Shown in pieces: positions 35,001 to 50,000 of a stretch of 64,000 nt of DNA. Each line of letters opens with the position of its first letter. Positions within the stretch are counted from its first letter, which is position 1. The position numbers and the translations under genes were made by a program. The DNA comes from Callorhinchus milii (taxonomy: Eukaryota), in assembly GCF_018977255.1 (NCBI RefSeq), contig NW_024704743.1, positions 50,532,001 to 50,596,000 on the forward strand, given 5' to 3'. Below the pieces are notes generated by a model. The model ran no database searches. It was not told where the DNA came from and saw only the letters and a list, made by a program, of their open reading frames with translations.

Positions 35001-38000
35001 TGACCTTCTGTCAATTGCTCAATAGAAGCCTGACTAAACAGTCAGTCACAAAATGGTGTGGTCCTTTCTTTAGGGCTGCTCCGTGGGGTATAAAGGGCAA
35101 TGACAGGTGCAAGCAACTCCTTGCAGACAATAACAATCACAGAGTATGAAGCAGTCAAATAACCTATCTTTTACGCAGGCTTCACAAGAGGCTCTCACAA
35201 AGAAATTAGTGGGTAAAAGAACCCCATAAAAGCCACCAGGGAAGCTGGACTGAGCTTTGCCAGTAAATGGATCTCCATTCAAGGGCTGAAGGGCATCCTC
35301 TAGAGGTGAATGGAGCAGTTTAAACTAAGCTGTGGCAATCTCTATTACAAATCACAGAAAGGAAACATTAGTGGTTAATTTCCTGCACTTAGTCACCTCA
35401 ACATTGAATGGACAGCACATTGGCTTTGTTCCTTGTTGCATTCTTGCTGCTCACACTGTTTTTCACATTATGCTGCATTTCCTTTACTGGATTCTTCCTC
35501 CTCCCCGCACCCCCCCCCCCCCACCCCCCCACACACAGACACACTGTCCTCTTCCTACCTTCCCTTCCCACTTTTTATTTTTCCCTGAAATGAATGCCTA
35601 TTGCCTTTAAAGCTGCTTGACTTCGGGACACCTGAGGGGACGGTACATGGTGTGAACTGTTTACTCCGCACTAAGCTTAATGCCAAAATGTATTGGTTAA
35701 ATGGTTTCAGAGGCTTTTAGATGAAATTCTTGGTTTCGGAAGCGAGTGCCTAAAGAGTTATTGTTCATTTGAAACTATAACAAACCCACCAACTGATTCC
35801 TGTTTTTTCACCTGTTCAATTCAATATCCTATACATATTTCACGTAAGGTCAGCATAACAGGGGAAATCACAGGGGGTGGGTGCATGTCCCTTTCAGACA
35901 CCCCTCCTTCGACCCCACTTATGGTACCTCAACAATGTCTATTTTCTGGCATATTTCACCACTTGTATTTTCATTGTTGAGGATGAAAAAATCTATCTGA
36001 TATATTTTATCAGTGAGGATGAGCAGGGTATCAGGAGGAGGTGGAAGAGGGGAGGAATGGGAAGACTCTTCCAGTCCATTCAATGTAATAAATATCGCAC
36101 ACTCAGATTTGACTTGCACATCAAATAACTGAAGTTATAGCCAGCTGATGTCTATTATTGTTCATTTATGGGCACTCTCACAGGTTATCAGTAGGTCTAC
36201 TGCTCTGCTCACAGTGACTGTATTTTGGACAGGGGTCGGTAAAGACCAACTGCAGGTTCAAGCACCAATAATAAATTGCTTTTAATCTATCAGAGGCAAT
36301 GGCAGCAAATAACTCAATGCTCAGTGGAAAATGCAACCCTAAAATATCTTCAACATTTCAGAAGTGAAGATAGATATGGAAAGGCTGATTGAACTGCTGC
36401 ACTGCCTACTGACATGTCAGACACAACCTCATAAGCAACTGTACAGAAAAGAAACATGAACCGTATCCTATTAGAATAGGCTTCAAAATGGTACACATAC
36501 ATTCAGCCAGTATAGCATCATATTCTTATGGAAGACTACGGGTAACATAGCTAATGGAAACCCTTTACTGTGAAAGCAATCTCAAATAAAAGCCAATAGG
36601 TTGAAACATTAGACTCTGCAAGATGTTCCTTATAATGCTACTACAAATAGCGCTTCAGAAGTATTCAGATGAGCATTGCCGTTGTGTAAGGTAGAGGAAC
36701 CCGGTTCTGAGTCCTGTAGCTGTACAGCAGGAACCTGTACAAATAGGTGTCAGGCATCATCCATCAGAAAAAAGGAGCGTTGAATTAGGAACTAAGCCAA
36801 GACTCCAATCGGTGACGAATGGGATAATGATTTATAATAGAATCTATTATCTTAAGATCTGGCCTTTCTCTCATTCTTACAAAACAAAACAGAATCCTTT
36901 GCTTCCTCTGCAATAAAATTCCTGTACTACAATCCAACTAAATCTCATTTATTTTCTGAGCCAGTGAGTGCCAACAGCTGTTCTGAATCATTTACAATGT
37001 GAAATGTTCCAGTAAAAATTGATTAACGCATCATAGGTTACATTTCAAAACAATATTACCATCTATTGCACTGGTCCCAGTTGGAACCCAGAAACAAAAT
37101 CCCAATGTGGACGTTATTAGGACAGAATTGTGAACAAATCCTGTAAAACCCATTATTTTCTTTTTACGGTCAACATACAGGAGATTTGAAATAACTATCA
37201 ATAAAAATGTGGTCCCCGAAAACCAATATAAAAGTCCTCAATAATTAGGACACAGGAAAATAAACAGAAAAAAATTCTGTACTAAAGCATGTGATTCCTG
37301 ATCTGGGAGTGTTTATTACTGAGGATCTAAAATATAGATGTTTTCCATTTCTCATGACAAAAGTCCATCACCTTGACAAGTACCAAAACATGTCCAAAAT
37401 ATAAGAGACTGCTGTTTAGTCCTTTATAGATAGAAAAGAGGTAGAAGCCACTGGGCGTGGAGTTTATATGGTTTAGTGTTTTGTGATATTCTTTTAGCCG
37501 TAAGGCACAACATGAATAAGTAATTGTTCTGTACGTAAAATTAAGAAATGACAGAAGGTGCAACAGGAACTGACTCTAAGCATTATTTAGTGAGCTATAG
37601 AACACAAAGAGGGACAAAGAGAGAGAAAGAGAAAATGAGTTGCAATGTTACAGAGAATGCCAGACCATGAATAGTGAGAATAACAACCACATAGGGTTTA
37701 TTCCTCTCTGTACGAATGCATGGCATCTAATATATAGAGTTCTCCCATAATGAAGACAATGCCTTTTGTGAGACTGAGTCATCCAGTCATGGAAGCTTTG
37801 AAAATCAAATCCCTGGTCTGTGCTGAGTAAAATAATCTCAACTGGGGCAGTAGTAGGGACACTATAAATGGGAAATTGGAAATATCTGGATTTCTACATT
37901 CCTGGGCTTGAGGTGGGGGGGGGGGGCAGTCAGAATTCCCACTCCTGGCTATTGTCCTGTGACCCACAGTGGAAGAATTATGTATGCTGGATGAGGACAA

Positions 38001-41000
38001 AATCAGGTTTGGCTGTGATGCCTATCGTTGACAGCTTAGCAACTCATGTTACTTAGGCTCATATACTAAGACTAATCTCTTGAAAAAGGCATAGGAGTGA
38101 GCTCAACAAGAACTGGTGTGCCTGCACCTTAGCAAGAGTTTGTACCTTCAGGTCAGGAAAGGAAATAGTTGGAGACAGTGAGTGAAATATATAAATGGAT
38201 TATCTGGTAATATTATGATTATCTGGTAAAAGGCATGGGTTTTTCTTCTTTCACTCTGAGCCTCTGAAGGCAATAATAAAAGTGGCGTGCTCATTATGTA
38301 TTCCAATAAAACATTAAAAAAGACTTGAGATTCACAGCCTGTTTAGGGTCTGGAAGCACTCAGATTCACAACATAAGGTTTTCAAACATCACAATTGCAC
38401 CAATGCCTAACAATGCAAGACCTATGGTTGGGTCATTATTCTGCTTTGAAAAACAGGACCACCTGAACACTATATCTGTTCACATGTTTGCATACGTTCA
38501 CGTACTGCTTCTGTTTGGCTTTGCCAGCTGCAACCGCAATATAAGAATTAGAAACCAGAACTGGGAAACAGCTGCTTGCCAGCAGAATGTGAGCTGGACC
38601 TGTAATAGTCTGTGTGCAAAAGCTACTGTGAAAATGCATCTGCGCTACTTCCAAGTTTTGGATTTTTAACATACATCATAATAATCCTTTTCGAGAATTT
38701 TGAATCGTTACAACTGGAGCTATGTAAGTGAGCTGAACAAGAAATCACTGATTTACTACTGGTAGTAAACAAATCATAATATTCTTTCCATAGGATAAAT
38801 TGAAACACTCATTTAAAAATATAAAGAACAGGAGATGTACTGGAGCTCTAAAGCAGCTAAAATTACATACAATGTACAGAACAGGAACAGGACATTCGGC
38901 CCAATTGGTCTATGCCAGCGTTTATGCTCCACATGAGCCTCCGCCTGCTCTTCCTCAACTAAGCCTTCTATTCCTTTCTCCCTCATGTACTTATCTAGCT
39001 TCCCCTTAAATGCATCTATGCTATTTGCCTCAACTACCACTTGTGGTAGCAAATTTCACATTCCCACCACTCGCCGGGTAAAGAAGTTTTCTTCTAACTT
39101 CCCTATTTGATTTATTGGTGACTATTTTATATTTATGGCCTTTGGTTTTGGTCTCCTTCACAAGTGGAGCCAACTTCCCTATGTCTACCCTATCAAAACC
39201 TTTCATCATTTTAAAGACCTTTATTAGGTCATCCCTTACCCTTCTCTTTTCGAGAGAAAAGAGTCCAAGCTTATTCAGCCTTTCCTGATAGATATAACCT
39301 TGTAGTTCCAGTATCATCCTTGTAAATCTCCTTTGCACCTTCTCCAGTGCCTCTATATCCTTTCTATAATATGAGGACCAGAACTGTACACAGTGCTCCA
39401 AGTCTGGTCTAACTAAGGTTCGATATAAGTTGAGCATAACCTCTCTGCTGTTATTCCTATCCCTTTAGAAATGAACTCCAACGCTTGGTTTACTTTTCTT
39501 TATGGCCTTATTAACCTGCGTCGCTAGTTTTAGCGATTTGTATATCTGTACCCCTAGATCCCTTTGCGCCTCTACCCCATTTAAATTCTTATTTTCCAGG
39601 CAGTATGTGACCTCCTCATTCCTCTTACCAAAATGTAGCCCCTCACTTATCTATATTGAAATCAGTTTGCCAATTGAATGCCCATTCAGCAAGTTTATTA
39701 ATGTCTTGTAACTTGTTGCAATCCTCCTCAGTATTAACCACACCCCCCCAATTTGGTATCATCCGCAAATTTTGAAATTGTATCTTCGATCCCTGAGTCC
39801 AAATCGTTAATGTAACTTGTGAACACCAGTAAATTGTGAACACCACCAGTCTGAGTAACTACCCTTTACCCATACTCTCTATTTTCTGTCTTGTAGCTAG
39901 CTTGCTATCAATTCTGCTCCTTTTCCTCTGATTCATATGCTCTGACCTTATTCATTAGTCTATTATGCGGTACCTTATCGAACGCTTTTGCAAATCCCAA
40001 TATATTACTTCTACTGCATTACCCTTGTCTACTCTTTCTGTTACCTCTTCAAAGAATTCAATGAGGTTGGTCAAGCACGACCTTCCTTTTTGAAATCCAT
40101 ACAGCAGGTTCACCAGAAAGATAACTTCTTTATGCTGACATCATTTATCCAGGCGGGTTGGCTGCATCACACATTCAAACACAGCTATTAGGAGATGGGA
40201 TTTTCATTGGTTTCCCTTTAGAATCTCATGTCCTCATTTTATTATTTGTAAGGAAAACATTTGACATAAATGATAACTAACTCTTCCTAAACTCACCCAA
40301 GAATATTTCACAAATTCTGTGCCTAACCCCACCCCCATCCCACAACTGCCTGGATAAGAGAGCCTTACTTTTCCCACGTTTCACAGCACAGAACAAGATT
40401 TACTACATTTATATGCCTTCCTTACAACTCAAACAAGTAAATGGGTTATGGTGAGTGGAAGGGGGTGGGGTGGGTGAAGAATTAATGTGAAATGTGAAGT
40501 TGAGGCATGCATTTATATCCTCTAACAATCCCTCTCAACATGTGCAAAAGGATTCATATTCTTCCCACAAGTTGTAAATCTGTTTAAAGTATGGACTATG
40601 CTCCAGCTTTAAATTGTCTCCCCCCCACAAAACTAATACATTTCAACAAATTCACAAGGATTTCAGAGGCCATGCCAACGATCCCCATTAGTGGTAATGA
40701 TCCCTGCACATAGTCATATGAATTAGCCAACAGAATCAAAGAAACGCTAGAAAGCTACAGCACAGAAATCTGCCGTTTGGTCCATCAAGTCTTTAGTGGT
40801 GTTCATAATAATAATAATCTTTGCATTTGATATAGTGTCTTATCATCCCTTCGAGACGTCTCAAAGCACTTCACAGAATACATTGTAAAGTGAATTGACT
40901 GTATATTCTTCAGTTGAGCCACTCATCTAATCCCTCTCTTTTGATAACTCTCCAAACTCTTTTTTTCAAACATCTAACTAATTGCCTTTTCAAAGAGCTC

Positions 41001-44000
41001 TAGCTTATGTCCTCCTTGAGAGGGGAAGAGAGACAGAGAGCGGGAACGAGAGAAATGGGAGGAAGGAAAGGGAATGGACAGAGACTGAGAAATAAAACCA
41101 AAGGAGTATTTGTGAAATTGCCCATGTATGAACAGAATTGCATTTGCCCCCATAAAATCGAGAACATTATACTTTTATGCTTTCAAAGCCAAGTGTAATT
41201 CATGTACCTTCCATCTCAGATATTGTAAGATAAAAGAGGATAAAGCAAGCCCTGGAGCTTTGCCAAATCATAACCTCTGATGGGGAAAATCGAAGCATGT
41301 ATAAAAGCAGGCCAAGCAGTGCATTTTATATCAAATCCATTGATAAGATGATGGGATCTTTGTGGATGTTAAAGAGTTCAGACATGACAGACTTAAGCAT
41401 GCAGTAAAATATAGTCAAAAAAGTATCTAAGAGTTGGGTTATTTCCAGGGGAAGGAAAAGCAAGACATGAAACACTCAAATGAGGGAAAACCTGAAGGAT
41501 ATTGTTGCATAAGCTGAAACATATGGCCATTGTCCTCAGGAGTAGCTACTTTTAAAAAAATCCCCACCCTGTTTATTCAGCCTTTTTCCTTTTTGGTCTG
41601 TCCAGCCTTGGGGCACCAGCTAATCCCACTCATCCTAAAATGTAATTGATAATAACAGCTCCGCTTGGCAAGAATGTGTACAAGTCAAATCTTCCACTAA
41701 CCAATGAAAGGAAACTTCCACCAAAGAATGCTGCAAATTCCCACGTTAAGGGTTCGTACAAGGGCACATTACCTCCTCCACAAGAGACTGAGCATTCAGA
41801 GCGTATAATGGCCCATGTGTAATTATGTTTCAGAGATGGTTTGTTCTCCAGCTCCGATTTTGGCAAAGCATATTCCCATCCGATCCCTGGATTTTTGCCC
41901 TGAAGTAGAATCTGGGTAGACAAAAGACAAAGTGGGAGAAGTATTGATCACCTCATCTTCTCTCATATGTTAAAATAATCACACCGCGCCTTAGACAAAC
42001 AAATGACCTTATTAAATTGTCGCCAACAAATGAATTAACTATTTCCATTCAGAACGTCTGTAGTTTCGCTCAGATCAGCAGTGTTTTACAGTGGTGTTAA
42101 AATGCCTTTGAATGCCAGAAGCCACAGTGAATAGACAAAGGCAAGAACATTTTGTAAAAACACTCCAGTCACTTTTATTTCACTGAAACAGACTTGTATT
42201 TCTTAAGGTAGCAAGTCATTTTATGGACAGTGCCCAACATTAACTGACTAAAAATAGTAGTTAAGGCAAACTGCTCCTTAAAAATGCCCACCCGATGTGA
42301 AAGGCACTATGTCAATGTAAACTATATTATATTCACCGCTTTAGTAGGTTTCACTCCAAACTCGGAGTGCATTCATTTGAAACACGAGATTACCAGAAAA
42401 ATTTTGATTAAGAAATTCTTTTGGTCCATTTGATTTCATCCTTCATCATGGACAACAAGCCCTGGTGTCTTCCCATTAGCACATTAAACTATTTTTTAAC
42501 TGAGTACAATGTCTTGGTAGTAAGCACCCTTCCTGGTAACCTATGTACAGTTGTTGTGTTTCTCTTCTGTGTAAGTAAATATTTCCAGGTACCTGTTAAA
42601 AATTTGCCCTTCACATACACCAATAAAAACCTAGCCCTTATATCCTGCTGCCTTGCTATATCTGAATGTATAACAGATCCCTATCACAACACACTTTTTT
42701 AATGTGGATTCATTTAAACAGTGGATCCCTGGTGTCCACTCTCGGCATGCGAAGGGAGCGACAATGCACGACCGAGCTTGCTTGAGCGAGTGGGTTAGGT
42801 TGTGTATTGTGAGGCAGACATATATCAGCCAATGTGCGGGAAGTGACATTGAAGGCGACCAGAAGTTGACCATTTTTAGTGAGGGAAGCTGGCTTGCTTT
42901 CTGCCCACATCACTGGTGACAATATGATGCAGAAGCACTGACTGTCAATGATCAGAGCTCCACTGTGTTGATTTACTCTTGTTTCCATTAAAGAATCTGA
43001 TAAACCTCTATAATTTCACAAAATATACAGTCAATTCACTTTACAGTATATTCTGTGAAGCGCTTTGAGATGTCTCGAAGACTTGATAAGGCGCTATATT
43101 AAATGCAAGGATTATTATTATTATTAAATGAGTGGAGGACTTGTTAAACTGCACTCTCACCATTTAATTGATCAAACCCATTCAGTTTTACTCTGTGTCT
43201 GATTGCAGCATAGAGCCCAGAGGATTATGATAAGGGCTGGAATTACTTTCTTGAAATGTTCTTTCCTTTTCTAATTTGGAATTGGTGTGGATCAATGTTT
43301 ACATTCTTGAAGGCAAGGTAAAGACTTCCATCAGGGAGGCCTAGACACTGAATTTTTTGACAAATGTAAACAGATTTTAATTAAATTTGGAGGCATTTCA
43401 AACCTCTCAGCCTGGGTGATATGTGAAACCAGAGGAGGTAAATTCAGTTTCAGATTAAATCACTAAGAATAATGTAGGTTTCTGCAAGCGCATAGCTTGT
43501 GCTGCACAAGACTGCAATTAAAATTCAGATTTTACATTTTGGATAATAAAAAAAATTGCCTCTAATGGAGATAGTTCTGAAGAAGTCGCATACCTAAAGT
43601 TTTAACTTAATTTTATTCTTTCAGATACCAATCAATTGAGTTGCTACGGATTTCCAACATTTTTGAAAAGACTTGACCCTAAGATAGGATTTTGAAAACA
43701 GAAATCTGATTCTGGAGGTTGTGTCAGAATACCTGTGTGTCTTCCAGTCAGCCCTTGCTCAAGCTAGCAGTCAAGTACAATTACATCTGCAGTGAATTCC
43801 TGAGGAATCAGAATGACATTCTACTGTTTAAAAAATATATTCATTCTTTAGATTCCAGTATTGCAGGACATCAGTTTTGCACCAATCCAATTGTTACTAT
43901 ATTAACCCTCGATGTGCCATTCACTATCTCTAAACAGATAGTATTTAGCACACCCTGATTTTCTTTTGTATTTTCAGAGGCATGATACTTGTAAAATAAC

Positions 44001-47000
44001 TTTTTAAACTTGAACAATTCATTGAAGTAAACTTGGATCCTAGGATTCCCTGAAAGATGATGAACACCCACCAAGATTTGGAGTTCCATTAGATTCCTCT
44101 GCCCAACTTATCTCAAAATCTATGAAAATGGAGGTTGTCAAGCAAACCAAAATAACCAAACAAGATGACATAATAGAACAGCTTTATCCCTTGGCTGTAT
44201 TGAACTTTTCTTCTGACAGGAGTGTTACTAATCACATTACGGACTATTAACAGCACTGTATGATGATAGTTCTTGGCAATCTCCCATTACAGTACTTTCC
44301 ATATTCCATGTTCCTTGCTCTCAGGAGGATCCTACAGTCCAGCATGTTTTTGATTAAGTATAGTATTATCTTGATTATCATCTTTCAGTTCTGTATGCAG
44401 TTACGTTGTTCCAAACACTATAATCTCAGGTCAACATTATACCCTTTTTTTCCCTAGAGGAACATCAATTATTCAATTTTCAAATCCAGTGTACTAATGA
44501 CAATGTAGTGCTTTGAAATTGGCAAATCCAGGTTTCCTTAATTAAGTTATAAGCTGAAGTCATGCAGTGCAGTTTGTCTGACCATCACATAAGACTTGAT
44601 TTCACTTACCCTAATGAGTTTATAACATTGCACCACTTTTACTGTCTGTTCTCATTTCTGAGCATCTCATGTGAAAATTGCTCGACTAGAACTTGGGCAA
44701 TATCTCAGATTAATGGGTAAATTATTTTTGGCTCATTACTCTTGTGGTTTGGAACGGTTATAAGCATTCGCTGAAATACATATGAAGATTACTTCCAGGG
44801 TTTCCAAGCCACAGAAGAATTGGTACAGTAAAAACAGCCCCATTTAATACAGTGAGTCCAACCACTGCAATCTGGAATTGGAATCCATCAGACTAGTGCC
44901 ATTTACTCATAAAGGCAATACAATAGTAGAAATAAGGACAACTAATTGTCCAAATATGCACCGTCCCTTGATTTATAGTGAATGGATGCTTCTCAATGTC
45001 ATGCTTTTATGTCTGGAGGCAAGAGAGCATTCACAGTGGAGATATATGAATGAAAGCCACCCCCCATGAGTTTCTGATGTCCTACAACAGAGAAAATAGG
45101 AAAGAAAATGTCTAGTAAATATGCATCTAATGTGACTCTACATTCATCTAATAGAAGGCATTTGTCAGAGACAATGTGTGTAGAATGTGATATTCACAAA
45201 CTGGATTTGTTGTGTTAATTGTAACATCTGGTTTGTAATCAGAGCAAGCATTTTGGTGGCATTTTGATTTCAGGCAATTTTTGGTAGCCCAAAGAGCAAA
45301 TGTTTGGGATTCTAAAGTTGGCATTGTTTAAAAAATTTCAAAATCATGAATTGCAAACCCGATGTTGCAATGATGTAGTTTGCGATTCCCAAAGTGGCCC
45401 ATTATTGAACTTTCCCTTCCTAGGCTTTCCCACAGTACTGAAATATTAATGCCTCCACTCCACAAAGTATCTGAGCTAGCAGTCCAACTGTGATTGCTTT
45501 GAGATACTCCCTACATGTGGTTGCACATTTGAGTCCTGCTCAGTGCTGGGAAGACAATAGGATCAAGTCTCTGCTGTACACCATCTGTATTATTACCTCG
45601 ATTACTAAGGTTTCATTGGTGGGTCCTGCTGCAGAAAGGCTTTCCTGTCGATTGTATGGTCTCTTGTAGTCGAACACTGTACCAGCAAACCTGTGCTGAC
45701 CAGGCCAGTCTAAAGTCCAATGGCCATTGAGGTAGTACTTTTGATGTTGGTTTTTAATAGCAATATAAGCGGTGGAGATGTTTAGCTCATACACACGAAT
45801 GGTTCGTGCCCCAGCAGGAATATTAACGACTGTGTAGTATTCTGAAAGAAATGAAATGAATTTAGTTACATCTTTAACTGTTAAAGGTTTATATTACTAC
45901 AGCAAATATGTATTTTAAATATCTAAATTAATAAAAAAAATTACATGGCCTGTGTTCAGATTTATGTGACTATTTTGAGCAAACTTATCAATGATCTTCT
46001 ATGTGAAATATTCACTCAATGTTCAGCATTATACAGTCAGCAGATGCAAAAGGTTCAAATATCAGTGGACATGTGTTAAAAATTAGGGCATTAGGAAACC
46101 ATGTAGAATATTTTTATATAAAGTTTTGATCATTCAGAACTCTGCGGCATGTGTCATCTCCCTCATCAAGCTCCCTGTCACCTCATCCTCACCCGGCTCC
46201 ACTGGGTCCCCATCCCCCAAACGATAGATTTTCCCTATTCCTAAAGATTTGTGGAAGCTATATCTAAATCAAAAGGCACCAGCCTTTGTAAGATCACATG
46301 CAGAACAAATACTTCACAGATGAGAACGTACGGTTGACATAATGCTGTTTGCTGTATTGGCCCTTGTAAATTTTACAAGTCGAGTTGTTGCCTTTGCAGA
46401 CCCCACAGGCATCTGGCACAGCATTGGAGGCCAACACACGATCACATCCAACAGCCTGTGAGTGGGGAAAGAAACAAAAAGAGCATTAAAAACAAACACA
46501 CACAGGGAACCCTGGTTTCACAATGGACAGATTCCCCAAATCCGATGTCCATATAGTTTTGATCAAAATCAATGTGGAATTGGAATCATTAAAGTCAGTG
46601 AGTGGAACAGTGTAATGTCTCTGCTGGGGTTCCATCACAGCAATTAAACTTCAACCCCTTGGTTTGTAGATCCAATCACCAATGTAGCCGTTTCAGATCA
46701 TCACCTTTAACTCGGTGGTGTTACTTTGGGGTTTCTCACAACATAAAGGAGCAAAAGGTTCCCTCAAATGAAGGTGTGTTGAAAACTGCACCAACAAATG
46801 GAAAACAAAAACTCTTCACAACATTTTTTATGAACAACTAACTGAAAGCATCCGGTGACAACTACATCAAGAACAAATGTCTTATAAAATTCTCTCTTCT
46901 AGTTTCTGGTAGCACAGAAAGGCTTGGAGATATACTGACACCACACTCAAATCACAGAACTCCCATAGTTCAGTACATCAAAAGTGATGGCTAATAAGTG

Positions 47001-50000
47001 TTTAAAAGAGAATGATTAGAAATAGTTTGCGATTACCTCTCCCCTCCCCTCGCTATCAAACTCCTACAGACTATACCTGATAACAGCAATTCATTATGAA
47101 TACAGGGCACTATCATAAGTTATGCATTTTTGAATGCAATCAAACAATGTAATTTTAATTCATAACTCTGTTTTCCATAAAATTGTCCCTAATGGGGCAA
47201 TTATTCCACTTATACAAGCAGTACCGGTACCACAGTTTTAACTGTTTGGAGTATCAACTCCCAGCCCAATATATTGATACTTGGTTTTGCTAAATCAGAA
47301 ATTACATGGCCCTTCCTTATACAGGGAAATTAAGATCAAGTTTGCTGCAGGTTGAATGGAGTATAAAGATTTCAGCATTTACTTTGAAGCGCATAATCTG
47401 CATCTTTCATAACCTGCGCAGATTGTTCATGATCCACAAACCTGAGTGAAGGGGGTGGGGGGGAAGTGGACCTCATGGTAACACAAATCTTCACACAATC
47501 TAGAGGGGTGTTCATACCAGCAATCTTTACCTCACACAAACCATCGATGCACACATCAGGCCTTTCCTCAGAACAGGACGTCCCATCTTTGACTTTGCTT
47601 GAGAGAGCAAAGAAGAAGTCAAAATCCTCTGCTGTACAGTAGAGTTTGCAAAGGTCGTGGTCTAAAAAGGGCAAAGTGGAATACAACCAGAGTTAGTGGC
47701 ATCATGAAGTTACCTTGCATGTTCAAACATGTCAAAGAGCTTCCCTGTAACTATTAGCAAGTGTAAGCACTCTTTTTTGGGAGGCAAACATGGGAACCAT
47801 TTTGCACACAGCAAAGTCCCACAAACAGCTGTGAAATGAATGATCAAATCGTCTGCAGGATTGTTGGGCAAGACACCAGAAGAAATTCTCTTTTCTTTTT
47901 GAATAGCGTTGTGGGATGCTTAACATCCACCTAGGTAGAGGATAGGTAGATGGGATCTCCCAATGACCTAGCTACTAAAGCCACAGCCTTGTTCAGCTCT
48001 GGGGCCATACTGGCTGGAGGATGAGGTTCAAATCCCAGTTTGTGTTTCCTTAGCTGATTTGAACAACAATGATGTGCATTTATGAAGCACCTTTCACATT
48101 GGGAGGATGTCTCAAAATGCTTCACACATTCTGATGGGAGCAGGAGCAGGAGCTGGGGAGGAATAAGAGAAGCTGAGGAGAAGGAAAAGGTGGCTAATCT
48201 CAATCAGGGTGTTCTATTGAACGGTTTATGAAAAGTAGTATTTTCCCCTACAGTGTTATCCAGAGAGCCCTAATGGAAGTTATGCCTATAAGAGTGCCTG
48301 GTTAGCACAGGATCAGGCTATGGTGTCATACTCCTTGCAGTCGAACAGCCTGTCAAGCCTCACAAATTCAAAACAGCCTCTTGGGTGGATTTGGAGGTTG
48401 TGGAACTGTGTGCAAGTAGAAGGAAAAATGCGTCAAATGCCTTCAGTTTAGGGGTGCAAATTGGCAAAACAAACTTTAAAAAAAATATAGATTTACCCTC
48501 AACACGAGTATAAGGCTTCCACCTGTAGTACCATCCCCGGAATGGCTTGCTGTTGTACTCTGCGCACTGCTGGGATCTGAAATCAATGCTATTTTGGGGA
48601 CAATTCTGATGATTACACAGCTTGTATATACGAGGTGAACCATCGCAGAACTTTCCTCCGTACTGAGGCCTGTTTGGAGAAAAAACACATGAGCAGTGAA
48701 TTCTTTCTCATAGATTGTAAATTCTGCATTATCAGAAATAACATTATAGGAACAAGCGAAAAGGTCCAAACAGGGCACTCATAAAATTTCCAGACAGGGT
48801 TTCTTTTTCTTCCCTAAACAATGTCTGTAAGCTAATAAATAGTGAAGATGGTGACTCAGTCCTTTCTTCCACAAGTTTCTCCTGGCCAACAATCCCCCAA
48901 ATAAAATTGGTCATTCACTTCACAGCTATTTGTGGGATATTGCTGTGTGCAAATCGTTTGTCTACAAAACACACAGTCAACAAAAACAACAAAATTAAAT
49001 ATTGTATAGTGCCTTTCATGTCGGGAGGATGTCCCAAGGTGCTGGAAAGCCAGAGTTTCTGACCTGAGCTGGGGGTTGGGATTGGGGAGGGCGGAGGCCA
49101 GGGGGGGTAAGCAGGGTGATCGAAAGCACAGTTGAAGAGGAGGGTCCTGAGATGGGTCTTGAAGGAGGCAAGGGAAGGGGCAAGGCGGAGGCACTGCGGG
49201 ATGGAGTTTCAGAGAGTGGGGGCAGAGTGGCAGAAGACCCACCCGCCAATGGTGAGGCGGGGGAGGTGAAGCAGGCTGGAGTCCGTTGAACGGAAGGAGC
49301 AGACAGCTTGGTAGGGGGTTAGGAGTAGAACAACATGCACTCTTCACATTGGTAGCATTTCAGAGCACTTGAACGAGATGATAAAAGAGACAATGTCTTA
49401 TAGTAACGTCCAAGCACGATCAAAAGCACGGTCAAAGAGGAAGGTGTTGAGATGCGTCTTGAAGGAGGCAAGGGAGGGGGCGAGGCTGAGGGACTACAGG
49501 ATGGAGTTCCAGAGGGTGGGGGCAGAGTGGTAGAAGACCTGCCCACCAATGGTGGGGCGGGCGAGGCGGGGGACGTAAGGCAGGCCGGAGGCCGCTGAGC
49601 AGTGGGAGCAGGCAGGATGGTAGGGGATTAGGAGGTTGCAGAGGTAATGGGGGATCAATCGACTTTACAGTATATATTATGAAGTGCTTTGAGATACCTT
49701 CCTGATCTGAAAGGCAAATGGGAGGATTATTATTCTTTAATGTGATTCCTGGAAATGGATGGTTTTACAAATATTACAAATATCAATCAGTTAAATTTAC
49801 AACTAACCCTCATCCTTTACCTAACTGTTCTGATCATTTCTAGTTCGCACATTTCTTCATTCCTAAACCACAAAACCTTCTGGAAATATTTAACTGAATT
49901 GTATGATATAATTGATACCGTACACAATATCATTGGTCAACTCTGAAAAGTGATCTTCTTTCCTCAGATGCACTGTTGGAAAATATATGACAGAGATGTA

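Noticed and set aside
39030..39437. 135-aa ORF resembling a reverse transcriptase C-terminus
   Set aside because: A broken CR1 fragment, not a host gene.
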